The position numbers and the translations under genes are program-made. Of a stretch of DNA of 64,000 nucleotides, positions 1-9,223 are shown one piece after another (position 1 is the first letter of the stretch; each line of letters starts with the position of its first letter). The notes beneath the pieces are model-generated. The model was not told the DNA's origin. It was given only the letters and a program-made list of their open reading frames with translations, and made no database searches. This stretch comes from a virus. Location: positions 1 to 64,000 of IMG/VR virus record IMGVR_UViG_3300035698_005189; one strand, 5' to 3'.

Positions 1-2254
1 CCCCATCGGTGTTGTAGCGGACCGTGTTCTGGATCAAGAGGCGGGCGTGCCTCGTGTTGAGCGCCTGCGCCAGGGTCTTCGCGTCTGCGAAGGTTGTGGC
101 GGCGGGGGCTCCGAGAACGACGTCACGCTCGGACCTACCTGCCCCAGCCATGTAGGCGGCGTGGGCGACGGCAGCCGCGTGAACGGCCGGGTCGGTGGTC
201 AGTGGGCAGACGGTGTTGACTCGCTCGCCCTTCAAGAGGTCCAGGGCGGCCTGCCAGTGCGCGAACATCGTCACGCCTTCGATCCCGCCGGTGAGGAACA
301 CCGGGCTGGTCGTGTTGGAGGGCGCACCCGTGGCAAGGGCGGCGGCGGCGGCTGTCACCAGCTCGCCTGTGTTGAGGACCTCCACGATGCGGTAGAGCAC
401 GGCGGCGAAGTCGAGTTGCACCGAGAGACAGGTGGCGGCGGCAGCCAGGTCCATGTCAGCGATCAGGAAGGCCGAGGCGTCACCAGCCTCGAGGGTGGCA
501 GCCCAACCGTCCAGAGCGGCGAGAACTTCGACGACGTCTCCCACGGTGTCGTAGTCAGCGATGGCCATGTCAGCGCAGGTGGCCGAGATGGTGAGCGTCC
601 GGGCCGGGTCGACGTGGCCGATGGCGAATCCGGTCACCTCACGCCAGGTGGACACGCCGGGGGCAGCGACTGCACCTGTGCAAGTGATCAGCTCAGTCTG
701 GGTGCTGAGGTCGGGGGCGACACCGACCGCCATGATCTTCGGGACACCGGCCCCGTCAAGAATGGCGGAGATGGTTGTCGAGTCAACCCGGAAGTTGTCG
801 ACGGCGATGAAGCCGGCGGACAAGCTGAGGGCAGCGACGGAGAACAACGCGACTGCGGGGTCGGCCCCGTAGACTGTCAGGGTGCCGGCGCAGGCGACGT
901 TGAGGACCACAGCGAAGACTTCACCCCAGGTCCCGACGGTGGCGACAGGGACAGCGCCGGTAAGCACTACCGACTCGACCTGAGCGATTCCGCCTACGGT
1001 GGTCCCGTAGATGGTGGCGATCTGGGTCAGGTCGGCCGCTCCTGCCGTCATGGTGACGACGTCTCCGGAGTCGAAGATGATGCCGGTAGTCGTGACCACG
1101 ACGGGCGCGGTGACGAGGCCAAGCCCGTAGGCGACAATGCTCTCCCAGGTGGTCGCGCTTGGAACGGGGGCCACACCGTTGAGGGTGAGCAGCTCGATCT
1201 GGGGTGCTCCGCCGAGGGCGGTGCCTATGACCAGCATCGTATCCACACAGGCACCGTCGGCTTCGACGGTGAACCCGCTGCCGTCGGAGGCCGATACCCC
1301 GAGTGAATCGGTGAGGACTTTCGCGCCTTGCTCCGTCTCTCCGATGGCGAAGGAGTAGTTGAGGGTCATCGCACCGACGTCGGAGACGGTGATGGGGGCC
1401 GCGCCGATGGCGGCGGACGAGAGGACCGCCCCGTAGACGTCGGTCCAGTCGATGGCCCCTACGACCGGCACAGCTGCGGTGAGGACCAGGGTCTCGGAGG
1501 TCGGGAGGCCAGTACCGTTGTCCACGCCGTAGAGGGTGATGCTCTGGAGGTCGCCTGCCCCACCTACGACGGAGGCCTTGGTTCCTGCAACCCAGACGCC
1601 TGCCTTGTCGGCCGACAGTCCGGGCTCATCGTGGGTGCCGATGTAGTCGCCACCCAGACCGAGACCCAGAGAGGCCTTGGCCAGCAGGGCGATGACGCCG
1701 GTCGCCGGGTCGATAGCCACGGTAGCTGCGGTGGGCCCGTTGACGCCCGGGGTGAACTCGGCGGAGAAGATGGGGTCGATGCCGACGTCGTCGTACTCTT
1801 CCTCGGTACCGCCGAGAACGACCGTGATGAGCTTCCCGCCGAGGGTGCCAGTGCCGACCTCCACGTTGATCTGGGTCGTGAAGAGGCCCCAGTCGGCCGA
1901 GGTCAGCTCCAGGGCGTTGCCGGCCCCGTTGGCGAGGGTGAGCAGCGACTGCGTGGATGGGTTGACCTTGACAAAGACGAGCGACTGCGCTCCGCCGGGG
2001 ATGTCGTCATCCTTGGACGGGTCGAACAGGAAGTTGCCGGCCTCGAGCAAGTCGCCCGAGCGGTAGGTCTGGCGGACACGTCCGGGAGCCGTCACGGGGG
2101 TAAGGACACCAGGGGCTCCGCCTTCGGCTTCGCCGAGGACCGCCACGATACCAGAAGCACCGAGGCCGATCCGGGACATGCCGGACGCGTCTACCTCGGA
2201 GTAGGAGCCGGGAACATGGGTGACCCGCCCGTTGAAGAAGATGCTCGTGGCCAT
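1..2254 (-). CDS. Contractile tail sheath protein (3' end runs off the window, >750 aa)
   Basis: Absent from the ORF track because it has no stop in the window. Manual translation from the ATG at 2254 gives MATSIFFNGRVTHVPGSYSEVDASGM...GIVAVLGEAEGG...LVFVKVNP, and near the window edge WQAALDLLKGERVNTVCPLTTDPAVHAAAVAHAAYM...ERDVVLG; both are typical sheath segments. It lies downstream of the neck genes. Confidence 0.9.
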   Translation of the reverse strand, partial: MATSIFFNGRVTHVPGSYSEVDASGMSRIGLGASGIVAVLGEAEGGAPGVLTPVTAPGRVRQTYRSGDLLEAGNFLFDPSKDDDIPGGAQSLVFVKVNPSTQSLLTLANGAGNALELTSADWGLFTTQINVEVGTGTLGGKLITVVLGGTEEEYDDVGIDPIFSAEFTPGVNGPTAATVAIDPATGVIALLAKASLGLGLGGDYIGTHDEPGLSADKAGVWVAGTKASVVGGAGDLQSITLYGVDNGTGLPTSETLVLTAAVPVVGAIDWTDVYGAVLSSAAIGAAPITVSDVGAMTLNYSFAIGETEQGAKVLTDSLGVSASDGSGFTVEADGACVDTMLVIGTALGGAPQIELLTLNGVAPVPSATTWESIVAYGLGLVTAPVVVTTTGIIFDSGDVVTMTAGAADLTQIATIYGTTVGGIAQVESVVLTGAVPVATVGTWGEVFAVVLNVACAGTLTVYGADPAVALFSVAALSLSAGFIAVDNFRVDSTTISAILDGAGVPKIMAVGVAPDLSTQTELITCTGAVAAPGVSTWREVTGFAIGHVDPARTLTISATCADMAIADYDTVGDVVEVLAALDGWAATLEAGDASAFLIADMDLAAAATCLSVQLDFAAVLYRIVEVLNTGELVTAAAAALATGAPSNTTSPVFLTGGIEGVTMFAHWQAALDLLKGERVNTVCPLTTDPAVHAAAVAHAAYMAGAGRSERDVVLGAPAATTFADAKTLAQALNTRHARLLIQNTVRYNTDG

Positions 2255-2257
2255 GGG

Positions 2258-2659
2258 CTACCTCGCGTCGGAACGGTTGGGGCGATGGTTGCCGCCACCC
2301 GGACCACGACGATGGCCGTGGATGGCGCGGGAGGCGAACTCGTCGAGAAGAGAAAGCCACTCGGTCCGAGGGCGACGGGTGGCGGGCTCGCCGCGCTGCC
2401 TGAGCCAGGCCATGAACGCCTGGCCACCACCAGCGAAGGCCTTGCAGGCCTCACCGGCGGACATGGCGGAGACGGACGGGGCCCGGGCGGAGGGCTTGCG
2501 GGCCCCAGCGACTCCGGAGTGCGGGGCGGGCGTCCTCTTCGTGGTCTTCGGGAGGGACCCAGGCGCGAGGGCGGCGACACCACTACGGGGCGGCGTCGGG
2601 GTCTTCGGGGGCTTTGGGGCGGTCTTCTTGGGCATGGGAGCCTCCACGGTTGGGATCAT
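2258..2659 (-). CDS. Small basic hypothetical protein upstream of sheath (probable start MPKK near 2635)
   Basis: Fills the gap in the minus-strand tiling, with a GGAGG RBS before MPKK. Confidence 0.55.
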   Translation of the reverse strand: MIPTVEAPMPKKTAPKPPKTPTPPRSGVAALAPGSLPKTTKRTPAPHSGVAGARKPSARAPSVSAMSAGEACKAFAGGGQAFMAWLRQRGEPATRRPRTEWLSLLDEFASRAIHGHRRGPGGGNHRPNRSDAR

Positions 2660-3324
2660 AGTACAAACGGCGCGACTCCGCCCCCCGCGGCCTCATGCGA
2701 GACGGCTACTGAGGTGCCTCTGGCTTCCGGGTCGCCTGAGATGGCTGCCTGGAGCTTGGCCGAGCCAGTCCCGTCGGGACCGCCGCTGAGTTCTTCGAAG
2801 TCGATGGATACGGTCAGTCGTCGGACGTACAGACTCGCAGGGGTGAACCTGGGGTCGGGTACAAGCTCGGAGCCCTGCAGGTCGGGGTTGTCCATCCCGA
2901 CGGATGGGAAGGCCCGGGTGGCGGCCCGCATGATCGCGCGTAGGACGCGATAGTACCACGCGCAGATGTCGGGGTGCTCGGCGTAGACGAGGATCGTGTA
3001 GTTGCCCTTGACCCACCAGTGGAGGTCAGTACCTACGACCTCGTCTCCGTCGAGGAAGGCTTCTTCGCCGGCCCCTATGTAGTCCCCCGCGTTCGTCTCG
3101 GACGTCATCACGACCGCGTAGCACGGCATCGCTGTGTCGCGGCGGGCGTGCCCAGCGAATACGTCGGGAGGGTTGGTGCCCCACCGAGTCTTCGCTGAGA
3201 TCAGTTCGTCGGCGGGGAGGCTCTGGAGGACGTCATCGAGGATGGTCACGTCAGCTGTGATGGCGGCCACACCCAGCCGGACGAAGCGAAGGATCTCTCT
3301 GTCTGGGGCTGAGTTGGTGGTCAT
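2656..3324 (-). CDS. Tail terminator / tail completion-like neck protein
   Basis: Position between neck genes and sheath; segments 'PCYAVVMTSE' and 'LYVRRLTVSIDFE' fit the terminator fold. Confidence 0.6.
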   Translation of the reverse strand: MTTNSAPDREILRFVRLGVAAITADVTILDDVLQSLPADELISAKTRWGTNPPDVFAGHARRDTAMPCYAVVMTSETNAGDYIGAGEEAFLDGDEVVGTDLHWWVKGNYTILVYAEHPDICAWYYRVLRAIMRAATRAFPSVGMDNPDLQGSELVPDPRFTPASLYVRRLTVSIDFEELSGGPDGTGSAKLQAAISGDPEARGTSVAVSHEAAGGGVAPFVL

Positions 3325-4136
3325 CGTGACTCCGTGAGGGCTGCGATAGCGTCCTCGATCAGAATGTCGGCCTCTGCCTGAGCCTCATCGTGGGCTTCCT
3401 CGAAGAGGTGGTGACCCTCGATGCCTGGGTGCAGCCAGGCCTGCGGGTCGGAGTTGGTGCTGACGGCGCGGAACGTCGTCTGGGATGGCTGGCGGGCGCT
3501 GGCGTAGGTCTTCGCCTTTCGTACCATACCGGCGAAGACGTCCGACTTGTGATGGGGCTTGAGTAGCCCGGCCTGGCCTGACGGGAGGCGACCGCCCCAG
3601 GATGTCTTCTCACCGGGCATCCCTGTGGTAGGCTCCAGCTCCTTCACGTCAGCAGCGATGTCGCGCCCGAGAGCGGCTGCCTCCTCCGTTGACCGATCCC
3701 CAAACTCCTCGAAGCCGCCCTCGGACGCAACAAAGTTACGAATATACGCGCTGCCCAGCGCCGGGGCGTTGTCGCCCGAGGCTCCCGGGAGCATATGGCG
3801 GAAGGGGACCACGTTCATACGACCCCCGTCAGCGGTGGCCTTGGAGTTCTTACCGGCCAGGAGCCAGATCTTCATGTCGCCGCCTTCCCAGCCCTGCTCG
3901 ACGGCGTTGGGCAGCCAGCCAACCAGGGTGATCGTAGAGGAGACTCCCCGGAAGTCCTCAGCGAATACGGCCTCTGACAGGCCAGCGATGTACTCCGCTG
4001 CGGTGGAGCCCAGCCCCTCGAGGGCCAGGCGCTCGATGGCGTTGCGTGAGGTCCTGGCGACGTCCCGAACCAGGGTACGCCAGATCTCGGTCTCGGCAGC
4101 GAACTGCGCGGGAATGTCGACTTCGACGGAGATCAC
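3321..4136 (-). CDS. Neck / virion morphogenesis protein (Twort-like neck protein)
   Basis: Segments 'NVVPFRH' and 'TFRAVSTNSDPQAWLHPG' resemble Herelleviridae neck proteins; synteny. Confidence 0.6.
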   Translation of the reverse strand: MISVEVDIPAQFAAETEIWRTLVRDVARTSRNAIERLALEGLGSTAAEYIAGLSEAVFAEDFRGVSSTITLVGWLPNAVEQGWEGGDMKIWLLAGKNSKATADGGRMNVVPFRHMLPGASGDNAPALGSAYIRNFVASEGGFEEFGDRSTEEAAALGRDIAADVKELEPTTGMPGEKTSWGGRLPSGQAGLLKPHHKSDVFAGMVRKAKTYASARQPSQTTFRAVSTNSDPQAWLHPGIEGHHLFEEAHDEAQAEADILIEDAIAALTESR

Positions 4137-5008
4137 GATCCCACCTTGTGAGTCATAAAGTCGAGTTTGGCCTGGAACGTCGTCGGGAACTGGCGCGGCC
4201 CTCGCTTCCCGGCCTTGGCTGTCCCGGCGGGCAGTCGCGCTGCGTTGACCGTGAACACACCTGACTCGACGACCCAGACAGGACGGCAGATGTAGTGAAC
4301 GACATACAGGACGTCGACGGCAGGGCCCCGCCCGATCAGCCAGGTGAGCTTGGCTGGCTGGGTGTGGGTCTGCTCACTCAGGACGTAGTCGGTACCCTCA
4401 ATATAAACGGAGTCATCGTCAGCTACGACGTTGATCTGGATCGGCTCGTACCGGAGGGCTGCCAGTTGCTCGTCCTTGGGTCGGCCGAAGTAGCCTACGG
4501 GGACGGACAGCGCGGCGTCACGGCGGATCAGCTGGGACCAGACCATCTCTTGCTCGATGCCGACGAAGTAGTCACCCGGGCCGACCTTCATCTCCGTCTG
4601 CACCGTGAGGGTGGCCTCGCCCGTGGCGAGCGGGGTAGTCTCGACGGTACCGTCTACGCGGGTCCGGGCGGACGAGAAGATGGCGTGAACCTTGGCGGCT
4701 TCGTAGCCGCCGTAGAAGTGGGTGTCGCCGATGTACAGGTCCCGCCGGGCCGATAGGTCTGGGCTGACGTGCCACTCGCCCGTACCATGGCAGCGATGGC
4801 AGTTGGGGTCGCCATACTCCTGCCGGTCAGCGCCAGCGCGACACGGGCAGCCGAGTGTCCGCTGCCACAGGAACAAGAGCCCGAGTCCCTGGATGGTCCG
4901 GGCCACCCCATCGAGGTCGACGAACGGGAGCGGCGTTGTCCTGTGGTTCTCGCCTGGGACGTCTCGCCGACCGCTTACGGTCCGGGCTCTGGTAGGCGGC
5001 GTCGCCAT
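4133..5008 (-). CDS. Head closure / neck protein with CPC...CxxC zinc motif
   Basis: 'GCPCR...PNCHRCHGTG' is characteristic of Twort/SPO1-like neck proteins; synteny. Confidence 0.65.
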   Translation of the reverse strand: MATPPTRARTVSGRRDVPGENHRTTPLPFVDLDGVARTIQGLGLLFLWQRTLGCPCRAGADRQEYGDPNCHRCHGTGEWHVSPDLSARRDLYIGDTHFYGGYEAAKVHAIFSSARTRVDGTVETTPLATGEATLTVQTEMKVGPGDYFVGIEQEMVWSQLIRRDAALSVPVGYFGRPKDEQLAALRYEPIQINVVADDDSVYIEGTDYVLSEQTHTQPAKLTWLIGRGPAVDVLYVVHYICRPVWVVESGVFTVNAARLPAGTAKAGKRGPRQFPTTFQAKLDFMTHKVGS

Positions 5009-5009
5009 C

Positions 5010-6365
5010 TCAGGACACTACCATCTTGATCGTCTTGCCAAGGCGAGCCTTGATGGCCGGCAGCAGCTCCTTGATCTCTTTCTGGTACTCGATGATCCGA
5101 GCACCGTAGCCGGCGTTGGTGGCCGATGACGTCGTGTTGATACTCTGCGACAGTCCCGGCACCGACAGGCTCCAGCCAGCCAGGCCTGCACCACCGACGA
5201 GGTCGCCAGCGATATTGAGGGCACCGATGGAGGCGGCCATACCGATGAGGTGCCTGATGTCGTCGGGGGCCTCACCTGGCTCGAAACCAGCGCGATAGTC
5301 CACCCGCCACACAGACGGAACGACCTGGACTCCACCGTGCCACATCGGCATAAGCTGGCCAGGGATCAGGAGGACGTCTGCGATGGAGCCCTGCCCGGGA
5401 ACCACCTGCACGACGCCCCTCGCACCGCCATCCTGCAGCACGATCCAGCGGGAGTCGATCTCGGCCCCTTCGGTCATGGCGGGGTAGCGGAAGGCGAGCT
5501 TGTCGACTCGGATGACCGGCCAGCTATGCAGCTGAAGGTAGCCCCAGGCAGCCCAGTCCTGGCCTCGGTGGTCGTGCGTCTCTTCGACGATATCCGTGGC
5601 GGTCAGGACTACATCCAGCTCGCCCTCGGCCCACCGGATGGCGGATCGGATGTACTGCTCGAGCATGGAACGGGGGAAGGGGTTGCCTTCTCCATCCATG
5701 AGTCGCACGCCGAAGAGGTACGTCTCCGTCAGTTCTGCCACGGACAGGACGAGGTCGTCAACCAGGGCTTCGGTGCCGGGTAGTGGGTCGCACGAGTCGG
5801 ACTCAACCAGACTGGCCGTATCCAGGTAGTGCGATCGGTACCACGAGGCCGCTGTGCCGGCGTCGTCGGTGAGAAGATACGACACGGTGGCTGCGTACAG
5901 GTCCAGTGCGTCGACCTCGACCCAGGGCCCGACGGCGGACGCCCCGCGCTCGACGACGATGGTGTCGAACCGGGACCGGACGGTCGGAAGGCGTAGCACA
6001 CCGATGTGAATCTCGACGTGGTCAGCCCCGTCGGCATCGGTGTAGGGGGAGGCCTGGGTGACCTCGGGGACGAGACCAAGCAGCTCGAAGGAGACGGTAC
6101 TCGTCGCCGGGGCTATGAAGACTTCGTCATAGGCGAGCGCCGGGATATCGAGACGATACGCGTAGCCCTGCAGGGCGTTGACCGAGAACTCCCCGGCGGC
6201 GTTGGTGAACGTCTCTACCGGGTCCATGACGACACCGAAGCCACCACGGGCCTCTGGCGTGTCAAGGTCGCGTTGGTGAGGCGACAGCCTCACTACGATA
6301 TTCTCAACGCCGGTCCCGGTGGCGTCTACCACCGTGCCGACGATGGCGACGACGGCGGGGGCCAT
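5010..6365 (-). CDS. Head-tail adaptor with N-terminal beta-sandwich extensions
   Basis: C-terminal half is adaptor-like (YIRSAIRWAEGELDV...VDYRAGF...PDDIRHLIG...SLSVPGLSQS). N-terminus 'IVGTVVDATGTGVENIVV...TNAAGEFSV' resembles a carboxypeptidase-regulatory-like domain. Confidence 0.65.
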   Translation of the reverse strand: MAPAVVAIVGTVVDATGTGVENIVVRLSPHQRDLDTPEARGGFGVVMDPVETFTNAAGEFSVNALQGYAYRLDIPALAYDEVFIAPATSTVSFELLGLVPEVTQASPYTDADGADHVEIHIGVLRLPTVRSRFDTIVVERGASAVGPWVEVDALDLYAATVSYLLTDDAGTAASWYRSHYLDTASLVESDSCDPLPGTEALVDDLVLSVAELTETYLFGVRLMDGEGNPFPRSMLEQYIRSAIRWAEGELDVVLTATDIVEETHDHRGQDWAAWGYLQLHSWPVIRVDKLAFRYPAMTEGAEIDSRWIVLQDGGARGVVQVVPGQGSIADVLLIPGQLMPMWHGGVQVVPSVWRVDYRAGFEPGEAPDDIRHLIGMAASIGALNIAGDLVGGAGLAGWSLSVPGLSQSINTTSSATNAGYGARIIEYQKEIKELLPAIKARLGKTIKMVVS

Positions 6366-6368
6366 GGC

Positions 6369-6836
6369 TTAGCTCGCTGTCTGGTGGCGAACGCCCCTGA
6401 CAGTCAGGCGGGAGTTGGCCGCGTTGGTGCCGGGGGTCCATCCACGGAATCGCATATATTTACCGACCGTCGGGATACTGAACCCGAGGGCGATCACTAC
6501 GCCTGACGTGATGACGTAGTTGTGGGGTGCCACCACGCCTGCGATCTCTTCGGAGAGGCCGAACCAGTCGACGCCGTTCCACGACGTCTGGACAGCGACA
6601 GTGGCCCCGGTGGTGGCGGTGCCGGCTGTGTAGTCGACGAGAACGGTGAGGGCCTCGTACCCGAGGACCGCGACCTTCTCGCCCCAAGCCGATCCGGCAG
6701 GAGCCAGGACCGCGTTGATCTCTTCGAACTGGACGTGCAGGTCAACCGGAAGCCGGTCGGTATAGCGCGTCCGGCGCAGCTCATGCGATCGGAGGGCGGG
6801 GGTCTGCGACTGGGGAACACGGACGGGGGGCGGCAT
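6369..6836 (-). CDS. Putative virion structural protein (beta-sandwich)
   Basis: 'VQTSWNGVDW...KYMRF' pattern; lies in the structural operon. Confidence 0.5.
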   Translation of the reverse strand: MPPPVRVPQSQTPALRSHELRRTRYTDRLPVDLHVQFEEINAVLAPAGSAWGEKVAVLGYEALTVLVDYTAGTATTGATVAVQTSWNGVDWFGLSEEIAGVVAPHNYVITSGVVIALGFSIPTVGKYMRFRGWTPGTNAANSRLTVRGVRHQTAS

Positions 6837-6854
6837 AAGCTACCTTCGGCGCGA

Positions 6855-6880
6855 TAGGGAGGGCGACACCGCCCTCCCTA
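6855..6880. terminator. Perfect 11-bp intergenic hairpin (terminator or RNA stabiliser)
   Basis: tagggagggcg-acac-cgccctcccta just after the stop at 6888; no strong U-tract. Confidence 0.45.
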
Positions 6881-6887
6881 CGACGAC

Positions 6888-7655
6888 TTACGGGGTGGCG
6901 GTGACGACGCTGGTGGCGCCGGGGACAGCCACGGAGTACGCGAAGTTCTTGGCACCGTTGGGCATCGAGGTGGGCGAGAAGCCCATCGACTGCGCGGTAT
7001 TGTCGAAGGTGGCGTCCTCGGTGACACCGTTCACAGCCACGCTGCCGACGGGCTTCACCGGGGTCTCCAGGATGCCGAGCTTGTGCCAGGTGTCGATGGA
7101 AGCAGTCTGACCACCGGCACCGATCAGCTTGCACTCGGCGGCGGTCACGGTCTTGAAGACCTTGGTCGTCTGCACGGCGAAGCCGGGGTTGTCTGCCACG
7201 ATCTCGACGCAGGCCTGGTCGCGGATGTCAGTACCAGTCACGGTCACATCGCCACCATCCCAACCACCGCTAAAGGTCAGCGACAGGTTGCGTGGGACAT
7301 CGGGGTCGGTGAAGGCACCGGGGAAGTTGACGTTGACACCGGTCGCATAGGCGGCGTGGACGGCGCCGACACCGTCGGCGAGGGGGGCGACGATCTCGCC
7401 GCTGAAGATGTCCTCGACGTCGGCGGCATCTTCGAAGGTGGCCTTGGAGTCGAGGCCCTGATCCCAAGCCGCGCCATCCCAGATGTACTCGCTACCGGCG
7501 ATTGCTCCGCCGATACCGATGATCTTGGAACCGATGGGTCGGGTCCAACCGGTGATGGCCTCGGGGGTGCCGGTGGCGGGGGCATCGCCGGAACCATGCT
7601 CGATCGAGGGGGCACCGTCCTGCCGGAAGGTGAAGCGGGTGTGTACATAGGCCAT
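6888..7655 (-). CDS. Putative capsid decoration / structural protein, paralog A
   Basis: Shares 'FTxPxVPRN...GGD[VI]T[VL]TGTD...TKVFKT[VI]T...HKLG' with 7689..8477; downstream of MCP. Confidence 0.6.
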   Translation of the reverse strand: MAYVHTRFTFRQDGAPSIEHGSGDAPATGTPEAITGWTRPIGSKIIGIGGAIAGSEYIWDGAAWDQGLDSKATFEDAADVEDIFSGEIVAPLADGVGAVHAAYATGVNVNFPGAFTDPDVPRNLSLTFSGGWDGGDVTVTGTDIRDQACVEIVADNPGFAVQTTKVFKTVTAAECKLIGAGGQTASIDTWHKLGILETPVKPVGSVAVNGVTEDATFDNTAQSMGFSPTSMPNGAKNFAYSVAVPGATSVVTATP

Positions 7656-7688
7656 TGTGGTACTCCGTAGAGTGGGGGGTGTAGTGGC

Positions 7689-8477
7689 TTAGATGACGAC
7701 AGCCCAGCTGTAGTTGTGGGAGGCGTTGGGAAGGGTGGTCGGGCTGAACCCGTGGTAAACGTTGTCCCAGACTGCTGCCTCGGAGATCGCATCGACGGAG
7801 AGGAGACCGAGGGGGGAAGCCATGACCTTGGGGACACCGAGCTTGTGGCCCCAGCCGATTGTGGCACCATGACCACCACCGCCGGCTCCGACGAGTTCGT
7901 TGACAGCACCGGTGATGGTCTTGAAGACCTTGGTACCGACCACGAGGAGGCCGGCGGCGTCGGCGACGACTTCGGTGATGGGTGCGTCGAACTGGTCGGT
8001 ACCCGTCAGGGTGATGTCGCCACCAGCCCAGGCACCTTCGAAGGAGATAGTCGCGTTGCGAGGTACAACCGGGGAGGTGAAACCACCAACCCAGATCCCG
8101 CCTGCGACGTTGTCCTCTTCCCGGGCGGCGACGCCAACCGCCGAGTCAGCGGCGGGGGCTGCGATAGTCCCGGTGTGCATCTGGACGGCGGCGGAAAGCA
8201 GGGAGTCAGCGCTGGCCAAAGCAGCCTGGAGGCCGCCGGGAGGGAAGTAGGTCAGCAGGCCTTCGACATCGATCTCAGTCGCGTCGTGCTTGGAGGTTCC
8301 ACCGTTCTCGTGGGTAGTGATCTGCAGCTGGGTCGCAGCGGTGACCACGCCGACTGCGGTCGCGTAGGAGTTCAGCAGCAAGCCGAGGTCGATGCCCTGA
8401 CGATTACCGAGGCTGGGCTCGTTGTCACGGAGGAAGCGAAGCTCAGCGGCGGAGAGGATGTAGGTGGGGGCAGGCAC
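7689..8477 (-). CDS. Putative capsid decoration / structural protein, paralog B
   Basis: C-terminal domain paralogous to 6888..7655. Confidence 0.6.
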   Translation of the reverse strand: MPAPTYILSAAELRFLRDNEPSLGNRQGIDLGLLLNSYATAVGVVTAATQLQITTHENGGTSKHDATEIDVEGLLTYFPPGGLQAALASADSLLSAAVQMHTGTIAAPAADSAVGVAAREEDNVAGGIWVGGFTSPVVPRNATISFEGAWAGGDITLTGTDQFDAPITEVVADAAGLLVVGTKVFKTITGAVNELVGAGGGGHGATIGWGHKLGVPKVMASPLGLLSVDAISEAAVWDNVYHGFSPTTLPNASHNYSWAVVI

Positions 8478-8480
8478 GGG

Positions 8481-9185
8481 CTACTCCTTCGACGCCTTCA
8501 CGGCGTAGGCGGATCGGATGGCATCGACGAGAGCGGCCTTGGGCTTCGTGGCCCGCTCTTGCGGAGTGAGGTCAAGGTGGAGTCCGTCGGCGAGGGCAAG
8601 CCACTCGCGGATGGTCAGGTCGCTCACCTTATCGGGGATGGGCGTCTCAGCCGCATCCGGGGCGTGCGTGGGAGGCTCCTGCTCGACCACAGCCGCTGGG
8701 GGTGGGGGCGGCCGACGCAAGGGCGCGGGAGGAGCCTTCGGGGGCGTGGGGGCGGCCTTGGGGGCTTCGTCCACGGGAGGCTCGGGTTCCGGAGCGACGA
8801 CGGGAGGCTTGGGTTCCGGCTCTGGGGCCTCGTAGACGGGGGTACCGGGCGGGATCTCGATCTCGACATCCTCACTGGTGACACCGACGTCGCCTTCTTC
8901 TGTGATGAGGGCAGGCGGAGAGGGCTCCAGGTCAGCCACGACAGGCTCATCGGGGACAAGCACCGGCTCGGCCTCGACGACGTGGAAGCAGGCTCCCCCA
9001 GCTGGCGAACCAAGCTCGGCTGCGTCATCCGGGTGACACCCGGGCTCGGCAGACGCCACGCCTCCATCGAGGTGGTGGAGGCGAAGGGTACTCGGGTCGA
9101 CCAAGTACAGTCGGCCATCGGCCACACCGCCTACGCGCTGGCCGCGTAGGTGGTTGAGCTTGGCAGTGACGATAATCAGGTTCAC
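8481..9185 (-). CDS. Pro/Glu-rich protein with small C-terminal helical (Rho-N-like) domain
   Basis: Immediately follows MCP; PEPEP linker; C-terminus 'SDLTIREWLALAD...KAALVDAI'. Confidence 0.5.
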   Translation of the reverse strand: MNLIIVTAKLNHLRGQRVGGVADGRLYLVDPSTLRLHHLDGGVASAEPGCHPDDAAELGSPAGGACFHVVEAEPVLVPDEPVVADLEPSPPALITEEGDVGVTSEDVEIEIPPGTPVYEAPEPEPKPPVVAPEPEPPVDEAPKAAPTPPKAPPAPLRRPPPPPAAVVEQEPPTHAPDAAETPIPDKVSDLTIREWLALADGLHLDLTPQERATKPKAALVDAIRSAYAVKASKE

Positions 9186-9223
9186 AAAGCCCTCCCGGAG
9201 GGGTCTGACTCGCTAATGGCGGT

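Noticed and set aside
47-2953. Long plus-strand ORFs (419 aa, 541 aa) and similar ones throughout (e.g. 7716-9149, 9314-10747, 30013-31593, 47604-49202)
   Set aside because: Antisense shadows of GC-rich minus-strand genes; no motifs, and the minus strand already tiles with recognisable proteins
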